DNA from: Polyangiaceae bacterium
GTDB taxonomy: Bacteria; Myxococcota_A; Polyangia; Polyangiales; Polyangiaceae
Length of the DNA stretch: 64,000 nt
Direction of reading: 5' to 3'
NCBI GenBank assembly: GCA_035063585.1
Contig: JAPSGB010000008.1
Span: 224,001 to 288,000 of the forward strand
Below the pieces are notes generated by a model. That model did no database searches. It worked only from the letters and a program-made list of their open reading frames with translations, and had not been told where the DNA came from. A program made the translations under genes and the position numbers. This document shows positions 50,065 to 61,399 of the stretch, piece after piece (the stretch's first letter is position 1; each line of letters begins with the position of its first letter).

Positions 50065-50134
50065 CCCCCTGTCGGCGTCGAGGCCGCGGCGATTGCGCGA
50101 ATTCCTCCCGGTAGAGCCATGTTATTCTTTCATC

Positions 50135-50692
50135 ATGTTGGACCAAATCTCGTCAAACCTCGCGGACAACCTCCGGCGCCTCCGCGAGGAGCGCGGGCTC
50201 ACCCAGCAAGCCCTCGCCGAGCTGTCCGGCGTGCCGCGGCCGACCCTCGCCCACCTCGAGTCGGGCGAAGCCAATCCCACCTTGGGCGTGATGCTCAAGG
50301 TGGCCGAGGCGCTCCGCGCGCGGGTGGAGTCGCTCATCGAGGCGCCGCGCCACGCCGCGACGCTCTACCGGGCGCGCAGCCTGCGGACCCACCAGCGCGG
50401 GCGCGCCGCGTTCCTCGAGCTCGCGGTCGGCGCGCCGCCCGGGGTCGCCTTCGAGCGGATCGAGCTCGCCCGCGGCGCGCGCGCCGCGACCGGGGAGCGC
50501 CTGCCGGGCACGCAGCAGTTCGTGGTCTGCGAGTCGGGCGCGCTCGAGCTCCGCGCCGGCGAGGAGTCCTGGCAGCTCCAGCCCGGTGACGTGCTCGCGC
50601 TCGGCCGCGGCGCGGAGCTCGGCCTCACGAACCGCGGGCGCGGGGCCACGGTCGCCTATAGCCTCGTGACGCCGGGGTCGCCGAGCGCCTGA
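50135..50692 (+). CDS. XRE-family HTH regulator with cupin domain
   Basis: NLRRLREERGLTQQALAELSGV...LESGEANPTL; cupin LQPGD; extended -10 TGTTATTCT 6 nt upstream. Confidence 0.88.
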   Translation: MLDQISSNLADNLRRLREERGLTQQALAELSGVPRPTLAHLESGEANPTLGVMLKVAEALRARVESLIEAPRHAATLYRARSLRTHQRGRAAFLELAVGAPPGVAFERIELARGARAATGERLPGTQQFVVCESGALELRAGEESWQLQPGDVLALGRGAELGLTNRGRGATVAYSLVTPGSPSA

Positions 50693-50803
50693 GCTCGCCC
50701 GGCGAGGGCGGGGGGTCGGGGAGGAGGGGATGTCGGTTCGGCGCGGAAAAGTCGCCGGCCGGCTTGCGCGGCGGTCGCCGCGAGAGTACCCCGGCGAGCC
50801 CCC

Positions 50804-52630
<1,827 letters not shown>

Positions 52631-52645
52631 CCGGCGGGCGCGCGC

Positions 52646-54337
52646 TCAGGCGCTCACCGCCTCGTCGGCGGTCGCCGGCGGGAGCGGGGCGAGCTTGCCG
52701 GAGCGCTCGAGCTCCCCGGCGATGCGGGTGAGCAGGCCGCGGGTCGCGTCCCTCCGGAGCGCGGTGGTGGTCACGAGCCCGGGGGCGACCTCGAGGAGCG
52801 CGCGTGCCTCGGGCGCCAGCAAGTCGACCTTGTTGAACACGACCACGCGCGGGAGCGTGTCGAGGCGGAGCTCGCGGAGCAGCCGCGCGGTCGTTTCCAT
52901 GTGCTCCTCGTGCTCCGGGTCGGAGGCGTCCACTACCTCGAGGAGCAGATCGGCGTCCGCCGCCTCCTCGAAGGTGGCGCGGAACGCCGCGAAGAGCTCC
53001 TTCGGGAGCTCGCGGATGAACCCCACCGTGTCGGTCAGCACCACTTCTCGTCGCCCGGGCAGGCCGAGCCGCCGCGCGCGGGTGTCGAGGGTGGCGAAGA
53101 GCTTGTCCTCCGCGAGCACCCCGGCGTGGGTCAGCGTGTTGAGGAGGGTGCTCTTGCCGGCGTTGGTGTAGCCGACGATGGCGACCACCGGGGTCTCGCT
53201 CGCGCCGCGCCGGCGGCGACGCTCGGCGCGCTGCCGCTCGAGGGTCCGCAGCTCCTTCTCGAGGCGCGTCACCCGCTCGCGCGCGCGGCGCCGCCCGATC
53301 TCGAGCTTGGTCTCGCCAGGACCGCGGCCGCCGATCCCGCCGGTGAGGCGGCTGAGGGCGTCGTCGCGGAGCCCGAGGCGCGGCAGGGTGTACTTGAGCT
53401 GCGCGAGCTCGACCTGGAGCTTGCCGTCGCGCGTCTCGGCGCGCTGAGCGAAGATGTCGAGGATGAGCTGAGAGCGATCGATGACCTTGAGATCGGTGGT
53501 CGCCGCGATGCCGCTCACCTGCGCGGGGGTGAGGTCGCAGTCGAAGATGAGCGTCTCGACGTCGAGCTCGACCGCGCGCATCACTACCTCTTCGAGCTTG
53601 CCCTTGCCGAGCACCAGCTTCGGATCGATGCGGTCGCGGAGTTGGAGGACGCGATCGACCACTGCCACGCCAGCCGTCTCGGCGAGGCTCGCGAGCTCGG
53701 TGAGGCGCGCCTCCGCGCGCCGGCTCGCGCCCGGGACGCGCTTCTCGCCGACGTGCACCAGCATCGCGCGACCATCCTTCGCGCGGACCTCGTGGAGCCG
53801 CGCCTGTCGCGCGAATTCCGCCTCGAGCGAGCCGATGAGCGCACCGAAATCGGGCAGCTCGCGGCCCCACGGCAGCGGGCCGACCAGCTCGTAGGGGCGC
53901 GTCACGCTGCCGCCGAGCGGCACGTTGTACGCATAGGTCACGCTGCGCGGCTCCCCTCGCTCGTCGAGCAGGAGCGCCGCCACGAGATCCAGCCGGAGGC
54001 GCGTGAGATCGGTGAGATCATCGCGGGTGAGCGGCTCGCCGAAGAGGTGGGTGTGGATCAGCCGGAGCGCGCGGAAGCGCCCGCTCGCCGCCCGCAGGCG
54101 GCCGATGTCCGGCAGCATGAGCCCGGTCGCGGTCCCCACCATCACGGAGTCGATCTCGCCCGAGCGGTGCACCAGCGCGCCGACCTGGCGCTTGGTCTCG
54201 CGAGATGCCTCGGCGAGGGAGCGCGCGAGCTCCGGTGTCACCACCTCGTCGAGCGAGACGCGCCGGCGATAGATGCGCTCGAGCGATTTCAGCGCGCTCG
54301 GCGCGAGCCCCGCGGTGTTTCCGTAGACTTCCGGCAT
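52646..54337 (-). CDS. hflX: GTPase HflX (with N-terminal extension)
   Basis: LILDIFAQRA, GGRGPGETKLE, GYTNAGKSTL, LFATLD, DTVGFI, NKVD. Confidence 0.95.
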   Translation of the reverse strand: MPEVYGNTAGLAPSALKSLERIYRRRVSLDEVVTPELARSLAEASRETKRQVGALVHRSGEIDSVMVGTATGLMLPDIGRLRAASGRFRALRLIHTHLFGEPLTRDDLTDLTRLRLDLVAALLLDERGEPRSVTYAYNVPLGGSVTRPYELVGPLPWGRELPDFGALIGSLEAEFARQARLHEVRAKDGRAMLVHVGEKRVPGASRRAEARLTELASLAETAGVAVVDRVLQLRDRIDPKLVLGKGKLEEVVMRAVELDVETLIFDCDLTPAQVSGIAATTDLKVIDRSQLILDIFAQRAETRDGKLQVELAQLKYTLPRLGLRDDALSRLTGGIGGRGPGETKLEIGRRRARERVTRLEKELRTLERQRAERRRRRGASETPVVAIVGYTNAGKSTLLNTLTHAGVLAEDKLFATLDTRARRLGLPGRREVVLTDTVGFIRELPKELFAAFRATFEEAADADLLLEVVDASDPEHEEHMETTARLLRELRLDTLPRVVVFNKVDLLAPEARALLEVAPGLVTTTALRRDATRGLLTRIAGELERSGKLAPLPPATADEAVSA

Positions 54338-54397
54338 GAGGGTGCGGCGCCCGAGCGCCGGCTCCGGAGAAGCTAACACCGGCTATAGTCCTCTGCC

Positions 54398-55345
54398 ATG
54401 GCGCTCCTCACGCCGATGACGCTCGACCAGGCCCGGCTCGCCGCTCGCCCGTTCGGGCTCGACCTCGCCGCGGTCGAGCCGCTCCGGGCCGGCTCGGTGA
54501 ACTCGAACTTCCGGCTGACCGCGCGAGACGGCTCGCGATGGTTCGCGCGGCTCTACGAGGAGCAGGGACCCGAGGGCGCCGCCGCCGAGGTCGCGCTCGT
54601 ACGCGCGCTCGCAGAGCGCGGCGTCCCGACTCCGGCGCCGCTCGAGCGGACCTCCGGCGGCGCCCTCGGCGCGCACGCGGGGCGCCCGCTCGCGATCTTC
54701 CCCTGGGTCGACGGCGAGCTCCTGTGTCAGGCGCGGGTCACCCGGGACGCGTGTGAGGCGGTGGGCGAGGCGCTCGCGCTCGTGCATCTCTCGGGCGTCG
54801 CCGCGCCGGGGGTCGGGCGCTTCACGAGCGCGGCTCTCGAGGCGCGCCTCGACCGCATCGAGCGCGACGCGCCGCCCGGGCTCGCCGAGGCTGCCGCCCC
54901 GATCCGCGCGGCGCTCCGGCGCTACTCGGCGGTGCGTGACCCGGCGCTCCCGCGCGGGCTCATCCACGGCGATCTGTTCCGGGACAACGTGCTCTGGCAG
55001 GGGGGGCGGGTCGCCGCGCTCATCGATTTCGAGAGCGCGGCGCAGGGCCCGCTCGCCTACGACCTGATGGTGACCTTGCTCGCCTGGTGTCGGGGCGCGC
55101 GCCTCGAGCCCGAGCTCATGCGCGCCTTGCTTCGCGGCTACCGCGCGCACCGCGAGCTCGACGCGCGCGAGCTCGCGGCCTTGCCGATCGAAGGCGCCAT
55201 CGCCTGCCTCCGCTTCGCGACCACCCGTATCACCGATTTCGCGATGCGCGCGCCCCCCGGAGCGTCGCCGCTGCGCGACTACCGGAGGTTCCTCGGGCGG
55301 CTCGCGGAGCTCGAGGCGGGCGCGCTCGACGCGTTGCGCGCGTGA
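54398..55345 (+). CDS. thrB: Homoserine kinase type II (APH-like)
   Basis: GSVNSNF, LPRGLIHGDLFRDNVL, LIDF, LRF..TR..D. Confidence 0.82.
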   Translation: MALLTPMTLDQARLAARPFGLDLAAVEPLRAGSVNSNFRLTARDGSRWFARLYEEQGPEGAAAEVALVRALAERGVPTPAPLERTSGGALGAHAGRPLAIFPWVDGELLCQARVTRDACEAVGEALALVHLSGVAAPGVGRFTSAALEARLDRIERDAPPGLAEAAAPIRAALRRYSAVRDPALPRGLIHGDLFRDNVLWQGGRVAALIDFESAAQGPLAYDLMVTLLAWCRGARLEPELMRALLRGYRAHRELDARELAALPIEGAIACLRFATTRITDFAMRAPPGASPLRDYRRFLGRLAELEAGALDALRA

Positions 55346-55435
55346 CGAGCCGAGGCTAGCGTTCCTGCGCGAGGCGCGCCGGCGCGCGAGCGGCGAGCGG
55401 GCCGCTACGGCCGGGCCTCGGAAAGGAAGTCGCGA

Positions 55436-56329
55436 GTGGCCCGAGTAGCTGAGCTGGACTTCGAGGGGTTCGTCCGACGGCGGGCGTCGGGACGGTCGGG
55501 CGAGCTCGCCGACGACGCGCACGCGTACGCGTACGCCGCGGATCGAGCCACCCGCGCGACCTTCGAGCGGCTGAAGCCGGTGGAGCTCGCGGTCGCGGCC
55601 GGGGTGCGCGCGTTCCAGCACGTCGGGCGCGCGAAGCTGCTCGGTAACGCGGTGCGGGTCGGGCCGCGCCAGTTCCCACGGGTCGATGCGATCGCCGGGA
55701 GCTGCGCCAAGACGCTCGGCATCGCGCCGCCGACGCTCTACGTCGTGAACAGCCCTCAGCTCAACGCCGGGACGTATGGGACGAACCAGGAGTCTTTCAT
55801 GCTCCTCAACTCGGCGCTCATCGATCACTTCTCCGACGAGGAGCTCGCCAGCGTCGTCGGACACGAGTGCGGACACATCCACAACAGCCATGTCGTCTAC
55901 CTGACCGCGCTCCACTACCTCACGCGCACCGCGAGCCTGTTCGTTCGCGGGCTCGCGCTCCCGGCGGTGCTCGCGCTCCAGGCGTGGTCGCGGCGCGCCG
56001 AGATCACCAGCGACCGCGCCGCCGCGCTCTGCGCGGGTAACATCGAGACGCCGGTGCGGGCCCTCGCCAAGCTCGCGCTCGGCTCGAAGAAGCTCTACGA
56101 GGAGCTCGATCTCGATGAGTTCGTGACGCAGGGCGCCGACGTGAAGGGTAACTTTGGTCGCTTCGGGGAGCTCTTCGACACGCACCCTTGGCTGGTAAAG
56201 CGTGTGCTCGCGCTCCGCGCGTTCGGTGAGAGCGCCCTCTTCCGCGCTGCGGCCGGGCTCGGCGAGGGCGGGCTCCCGATGGCGGCGGTCGACGAGAACG
56301 TCCACGAGCTCATCAAGGTGGTGGGGTGA
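55436..56329 (+). CDS. M48 (Ste24-like) zinc metallopeptidase
   Basis: LNAGTYG, ELASVVGHECGH, RAEITSDRAA, THP..VKR. Confidence 0.88.
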   Translation: MARVAELDFEGFVRRRASGRSGELADDAHAYAYAADRATRATFERLKPVELAVAAGVRAFQHVGRAKLLGNAVRVGPRQFPRVDAIAGSCAKTLGIAPPTLYVVNSPQLNAGTYGTNQESFMLLNSALIDHFSDEELASVVGHECGHIHNSHVVYLTALHYLTRTASLFVRGLALPAVLALQAWSRRAEITSDRAAALCAGNIETPVRALAKLALGSKKLYEELDLDEFVTQGADVKGNFGRFGELFDTHPWLVKRVLALRAFGESALFRAAAGLGEGGLPMAAVDENVHELIKVVG

Positions 56330-58104
56330 CCGCCATGCTCCAGGCCTTCGCGGAGCAGCGCGCGGAGGTCACGCGCGCGCTCGACGACCTCGTCCAGGTG
56401 GCCCGCGACATCGGCGCGACCGCGCTCGCCGACCGGCTCGGTCGCGACGTGGTGGCCAAGCTCGCCGCGAATCGCTTCCACTTGGTGGTGGTCGGCGAGT
56501 TCAACCACGGCAAGACGAGCTTCGTGAACGCGCTCCTCGGCGAGGCGCTCCTGCCGGTCGGCGTCACCCCGACCACGTCCGTCATTCACCACCTCGTGTA
56601 CGCGGCCGAGCCCACCGCCAAGGTCGTGCTCGCCGACGGAGGCGAGGTGCCGCTTCCCTTCGAGGAGGTGCGCGCGTTCGCGGCGGGCGGCGCCCGCTCC
56701 TCGAGCGAGGTCGCGTTCCTCGAGATCGGCGTCCGGTCGGAGCTCTTGCGCGAGCGTATCGTGCTGGTCGACACCCCAGGCGTGAACGACCTCTCGCTCA
56801 CCCGCGCCGAGATCACCTACGGCTACATCCCGCGCGCGGACGCGGTCCTCTTCATGCTCGACGCCGGACAGCCGGTGAAGGAGAGCGAGCGGCAATTCCT
56901 CGAGGAGCAGGTGATCGGGCAGTCGCGCGACAAGATCCTGTTCGTGGTGGCGAAGACCGACATCTGGACGCCAGCCGAGCGGGACGAGGCGGTCGCCTAC
57001 ATCCGCGAGCGGCTCGCGGCGGTGATCCGGGGGCCAGCCGTGTTCCCGGTGAGCGCGCACGCGGCGCTCGAGGGACGAGGCGGCGAGAGCGGCTTCGACG
57101 CGCTCCGCGAGTATCTGACCCGCTTTCTGGCCGAGGAGCGGGGCCGCCTGGTGCTCACCAACGCGCTCGGAGAGGGGCTCACGGCGCGCGACGTGCTCGC
57201 GCGCGGGCTCGACGCGCGCCGTCGCGCCGCGCACCTGACCACCCTGCAGCTGGACAAGCGGCTCGAGCTCCTCGAGCGCGATCTCTCCGGCCACGCCGGC
57301 ACCATCGAGCAGCGCCGGCTCGAGATCCGCGAACAGGCCGGCGCCATCAAGGCGTGGGCGCGGCGCGATCTCGATCACTTCTGCGACGATGTCATCACCC
57401 AGCTCCCCGGGCTGGTCGAGCGCGCGAGCGGGGACGACCTGCGGCAGCACCTCGGGGATTTCCTCGAGCAGTCGTTCCGCGACTGGGCGCGCCGCGAGAG
57501 CGGCGAGCTCGCGACCTCGCTCGAGCAACTCGCCGAGCGCATGGTGGCGCTCTTGCGAGAGGACGCCCACGACGCTGCCGGACGGCTCGGGGAGACCATG
57601 GGCGCGGAGCTGTCCCCGCCGCGGATCGAGGTCGACACCTTCGCCGCGGACGTCGGGGTGTTCGCGGTCCTCGCGGTGGGGCTCGGCGTGGTGCTCACGA
57701 ACCTCTTGCTCGGCGGTATCCTGGTCGCCGCCGCGTCTTCCCTGGCGCTGTGGAGCCGCGGTCGAACCGACCTGGCGATGCGCAGGCGCGCGCTCGAGCT
57801 CGCGCCGGGCGCGCTGCGCGACGCCGCGGCCAAGGTGGCCCCGAAGATCGACGAGCTGGTCGAGCGCTTCGCGGCGCGGCTCGACGAGTGGGTGGTGAGC
57901 GCGGGTCAGGAGCTCCACCGCGAGATCATCGAGGTGCTCGGCGAGGTGCGGCGTGAGCGCGCTGCGAGCGCCTCGAGCAGCGAGGCGGAGCTCGACCGGG
58001 CCGACGGACTCGGGGCGCGTCTCGACGCGGTGGGCGCGCGCCTCGACGCGCTCCGCCGAGGCCTCGACCAGCGCGCTCCGGAGCGCGCGGCCGAGCCGCG
58101 CTGA
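56326..58104 (+). CDS. Bacterial dynamin-like GTPase
   Basis: GEFNHGKT, GVTPTT, DTPG, AKTD, FPVSA; helical stalk; hydrophobic paddle. Confidence 0.9.
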   Translation: MTAMLQAFAEQRAEVTRALDDLVQVARDIGATALADRLGRDVVAKLAANRFHLVVVGEFNHGKTSFVNALLGEALLPVGVTPTTSVIHHLVYAAEPTAKVVLADGGEVPLPFEEVRAFAAGGARSSSEVAFLEIGVRSELLRERIVLVDTPGVNDLSLTRAEITYGYIPRADAVLFMLDAGQPVKESERQFLEEQVIGQSRDKILFVVAKTDIWTPAERDEAVAYIRERLAAVIRGPAVFPVSAHAALEGRGGESGFDALREYLTRFLAEERGRLVLTNALGEGLTARDVLARGLDARRRAAHLTTLQLDKRLELLERDLSGHAGTIEQRRLEIREQAGAIKAWARRDLDHFCDDVITQLPGLVERASGDDLRQHLGDFLEQSFRDWARRESGELATSLEQLAERMVALLREDAHDAAGRLGETMGAELSPPRIEVDTFAADVGVFAVLAVGLGVVLTNLLLGGILVAAASSLALWSRGRTDLAMRRRALELAPGALRDAAAKVAPKIDELVERFAARLDEWVVSAGQELHREIIEVLGEVRRERAASASSSEAELDRADGLGARLDAVGARLDALRRGLDQRAPERAAEPR

Positions 58105-58148
58105 CTCGCGCCGCCCCGGCCCCAGCATTCGCGTGTATAACCGCGCTC

Positions 58149-59534
58149 ATGAGCGTGGCCAGAGGCGGGCGACTGCCCGACGCCGTCGATCGGGCGATGC
58201 AGGAGCTAAACCAGTCGGTGGAGCTCGATCGAGCGCTCTGGCGCGAGGACATCCGCGGCTCGGTGGCTCACGCGCGCGGGCTCGCGCGGGCCGGCGTGAT
58301 CTCGAGCGAGGACGCCGCGCGCATCGTCGAGGGGCTCGAGGCCGTAGAGGAGGAGATCGAGCGGGGCGCGTTTCGCTGGGATCCCGTGAAGGAGGATGTC
58401 CACATGAACATCGAGGCGCGCCTGGTGGAGCTGGTCGGGCCGGTCGGCGGCAAGCTCCACACCGGCCGCTCGCGCAACGACCAGGTCGCGACCGATCTCC
58501 GCCTCTGGACGCGCGGCAAGCTCGACGAGACGCTCCTCGCGGTGAGCGAGCTCGCGCGCGTGCTCCTCGAGCGCGCGCGCGAGGAGCTCGACGTGCTCAT
58601 GCCTGCGTACACCCACCTGCAGCGCGCGCAGCCGAGCCGGCTCAGCCACCACCTGATGGCGTGGCAGGAGCTCGTCTGGCGCGATCGCGGGCGGCTACTC
58701 GACGCGCGTGCCCGCCTCGACGAGTGCCCGCTCGGCGCGGGCGCGGTCGCCGGGAGCGGGTTCCCGCTCGACCGGGCCGGGGTAGCCGCGGAGCTCGGGT
58801 TCGCCGGGCCCACGCGCAACTCGCTGGACGCGACCGCCAGCCGTGATTTCCTGATGGAAGCGGCGTCGGCGCTCGCCATCCTCGGGGTGCACCTGTCGCG
58901 GATCGGCGAGGAGATCGTGCTCTGGTCGAGCGCGGAGTTCGGGTTCATGGCGCTCGACGACCGGTTCTCGACCAGCTCGAGCATGATGCCCCAGAAGAAG
59001 AACCCGGACGTCGCCGAGCTCGTGCGCGGCAAGGCGGCGCGCGCCATCGGCAGCGTGACCGCGCTCCTCGTGCTCGAGAAGAGCCTCGCCTTCGGCTACG
59101 GGCGCGACCTGCAGGAGGACAAGCGACCCATCTTCGACGCCTTCGAGGGCGCGCTCCTCTCGCTCGCGGCGCTCACCGGCGCCATCGCGACCGCGCGCTT
59201 CGACCGGGCGCGGCTGCTCCGCGCGCTGGGCGGTGGCCACGTGTGCGCTACCGATCTCGCTGATTTCCTGGTGCTCGCGGGGCTCCCGTTCCGCGACGCG
59301 CATCACGTGGTCGGTGGGCTGGTGCGGGAGGCCGAGGCGCGCGGCGTCGAGCTCGGCGAGCTCCCGCCCGAGCTGCTCTCGCAGGCGCACCCCGCGCTCG
59401 CGGGCGCGGAGCTCCGCTCGGTGCTCGATCCGGAGGCCGCGGTCGAGCGGCGCGACGTGGTGGGCGGCCCGGCGCGCCGGCGCGTGCTCGAGGCGCTCGC
59501 CGACGCGCGCGCGCGCTGGGGTCATGGTCCGTAG
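58149..59534 (+). CDS. argH: Argininosuccinate lyase
   Basis: EDVHMNIE, LHTGRSRNDQVATD, YTHLQRAQP, SSMMPQKKNPD. Confidence 0.96.
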   Translation: MSVARGGRLPDAVDRAMQELNQSVELDRALWREDIRGSVAHARGLARAGVISSEDAARIVEGLEAVEEEIERGAFRWDPVKEDVHMNIEARLVELVGPVGGKLHTGRSRNDQVATDLRLWTRGKLDETLLAVSELARVLLERAREELDVLMPAYTHLQRAQPSRLSHHLMAWQELVWRDRGRLLDARARLDECPLGAGAVAGSGFPLDRAGVAAELGFAGPTRNSLDATASRDFLMEAASALAILGVHLSRIGEEIVLWSSAEFGFMALDDRFSTSSSMMPQKKNPDVAELVRGKAARAIGSVTALLVLEKSLAFGYGRDLQEDKRPIFDAFEGALLSLAALTGAIATARFDRARLLRALGGGHVCATDLADFLVLAGLPFRDAHHVVGGLVREAEARGVELGELPPELLSQAHPALAGAELRSVLDPEAAVERRDVVGGPARRRVLEALADARARWGHGP

Positions 59535-60538
59535 AAGCGGAAGGTCGTCGCCGGCGCCGCGTCGTGAGCGAACACGCCCGCCTGCCACATCACGAAGCCG
59601 GTCGCGGCGGTGACGCCCACTCCGGCGATGAGGGCGGTGGCCCAGCCGGGCCATCCGGACTCTGCGCGCGGCTGCGGCGGACCCGCATAGAACCCGCCGT
59701 CGCTGGCGCGCCACTCGATGGGCGGCCCGCAGCGCGCTTCGCCGCAGATGGCGATGAGGATCGCGCCGCCCGGGGCCTCGCGGGCGAGCGCCCAGCGCGG
59801 GCAGCGCGCGCCCGGCGGCGGCGAGGCGCGGCTCGCGTCGAGTCGCGCGGCGCGAAGCTCGGTGAGGGTGCACGGCGCGAGCGGTGGGACGTCGAGCCGC
59901 ACGCTCGCGCTGGAGCGCGCCACGGTGACCCAGCCGGCCCAGAGCGCTCGCCCGTCGCGGACCACGCGCGCGTGGTGGGGCCCGGGCGCCGCGCTCACCT
60001 CGCGCGCGCTCTCGCGGCCGTCCCAGTAGACGACGTCTCCGGGGGAGAGGCCGCGGAGCTCGAGCCGCTCGGGTTCGAGCCGAGGCTCACCCCGGGCGCG
60101 CTCCGCCGGCGCGCCGTAAGCGGCCGCGCGGGCGCCCTCGAGGGAGTCGGCCTGCGACGAGAGCGCGCGGGCCTGGTCCGCGTCGCCCTCGGCGAGGGCC
60201 GCCGAGGCCGCGGTGCGGAGCCACTCCGCCATCAAGAAGGCGGACTCGGGGAGCTCCGGGTGCGCGTCGAGGAGCTGGCGCGCCTCGCCGAGGCGGGCGC
60301 GGGCGCTCGCCGCGTCGAGCGCCGCGACCGCGATGGCAGCCGCGTCGAGGAGCGCGTCGGCGTGCCCGGAGAGCGTCGCGTCATAGGGGAGCGGCGGGCT
60401 CGGATCGGGGGCGGGCGGCGCGAACCGGACGAGGTGCGCCCGCGCGTAGCTCGCGAGCGCCGCTCGCTGGGCGTGGCCCGCCGGCGCGGCGCCCACCGGC
60501 GCGGCGCCGAGAAAGAAGAGAACCAGCGTGGCGCCCAT
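59522..60538 (-). CDS. Hypothetical exported protein with PEGA-like beta module and C-terminal TM
   Basis: Signal-like N-terminus; VYWDGR...APGPHHARVVRDG; WPGW + TM near the C-terminus. Confidence 0.6.
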   Translation of the reverse strand: MGATLVLFFLGAAPVGAAPAGHAQRAALASYARAHLVRFAPPAPDPSPPLPYDATLSGHADALLDAAAIAVAALDAASARARLGEARQLLDAHPELPESAFLMAEWLRTAASAALAEGDADQARALSSQADSLEGARAAAYGAPAERARGEPRLEPERLELRGLSPGDVVYWDGRESAREVSAAPGPHHARVVRDGRALWAGWVTVARSSASVRLDVPPLAPCTLTELRAARLDASRASPPPGARCPRWALAREAPGGAILIAICGEARCGPPIEWRASDGGFYAGPPQPRAESGWPGWATALIAGVGVTAATGFVMWQAGVFAHDAAPATTFRFYGP

Positions 60539-60670
60539 CGGTGCCGGGGATTCTACTTCGCCGCCGGCCTCGGATAGCCGAAAAGCTGGTAGTATGGGCT
60601 GGTTCGAGCTTGGTGAAGCTGCGAAGGCTTTGCTATCGTAGCTGGTCGACCCCGCGCGGAAGGACAGAGA

Positions 60671-61399
60671 TTGCAGCTCGATTTCGCCGCACGCGAGCTC
60701 ACCATCAAGCTCGTCTATTACGGGCCGGCGCTCAGCGGGAAGACGTCCAACCTGCAGGCGCTCCACCGGCTGGCCGATCCCGGCTCCACCGGCCGGCTGA
60801 TGACGCTCGAGACGCGCGACGATCGCACGCTCTTTTTCGACCTGTTGCCGCTCACCTTCAAGAGCGCGGGGGGCCTGTCCATCCGCCTCAAGGTATTCAC
60901 GGTCCCCGGACAGGTGATCCACGCCTCGACCCGGCGCCTCGTGCTCCAAGGCGCCGACGGCGTCGCGTTCATCGCCGACTCGCGGGCCACCGAGACGGAC
61001 CACAACGCCGAGTCCTTCATGGACCTGAAGGAGAACCTGAAGGCGCACGGGCTGAGCCTCCGGCAGATGCCGCTCGTCATCCAGTTCAACAAGCGGGATC
61101 TCTCCGGCATCCGCAGCGACGAAGAGATCGCCGGGCTCGCCGCGCAAGGCCGCGAGCCGACCTACCTCGCCATCGCGACCCGTGGTCAAGGGGTCGTGGA
61201 GACCTTCATCGGGCTCCTCCACCTCACCTATGGCGCGCTCGACGCGGAGCACGATCTCGGGAAGAAGTTCGGGTTCGACGCCGACGAGCTGCTCGCGCAG
61301 GTGGCGCGAGGGCTCGGCTCGGAGCGGCTCGTCGCGGAGCTCCTGGCGGCGTGCGTGGGCGGCGCGCTCGACGTGCTCCGGCCCGAGGTGAGCTCATGA
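60671..61399 (+). CDS. MglA/SofG-family small GTPase
   Basis: KLVYYGPALSGKTSNL, DRTLFFDLLPL, TVPGQV, GADGVAFIADS, QFNKRD; C-terminal extension. Confidence 0.9.
   Translation: MQLDFAARELTIKLVYYGPALSGKTSNLQALHRLADPGSTGRLMTLETRDDRTLFFDLLPLTFKSAGGLSIRLKVFTVPGQVIHASTRRLVLQGADGVAFIADSRATETDHNAESFMDLKENLKAHGLSLRQMPLVIQFNKRDLSGIRSDEEIAGLAAQGREPTYLAIATRGQGVVETFIGLLHLTYGALDAEHDLGKKFGFDADELLAQVARGLGSERLVAELLAACVGGALDVLRPEVSS

Noticed and set aside
60541..61395. Long N-terminal extension of the histidine kinase (759-aa ORF)
   Set aside because: Overlaps the MglA-like gene out of frame and is Arg-rich nonsense; the real start is likely 61396
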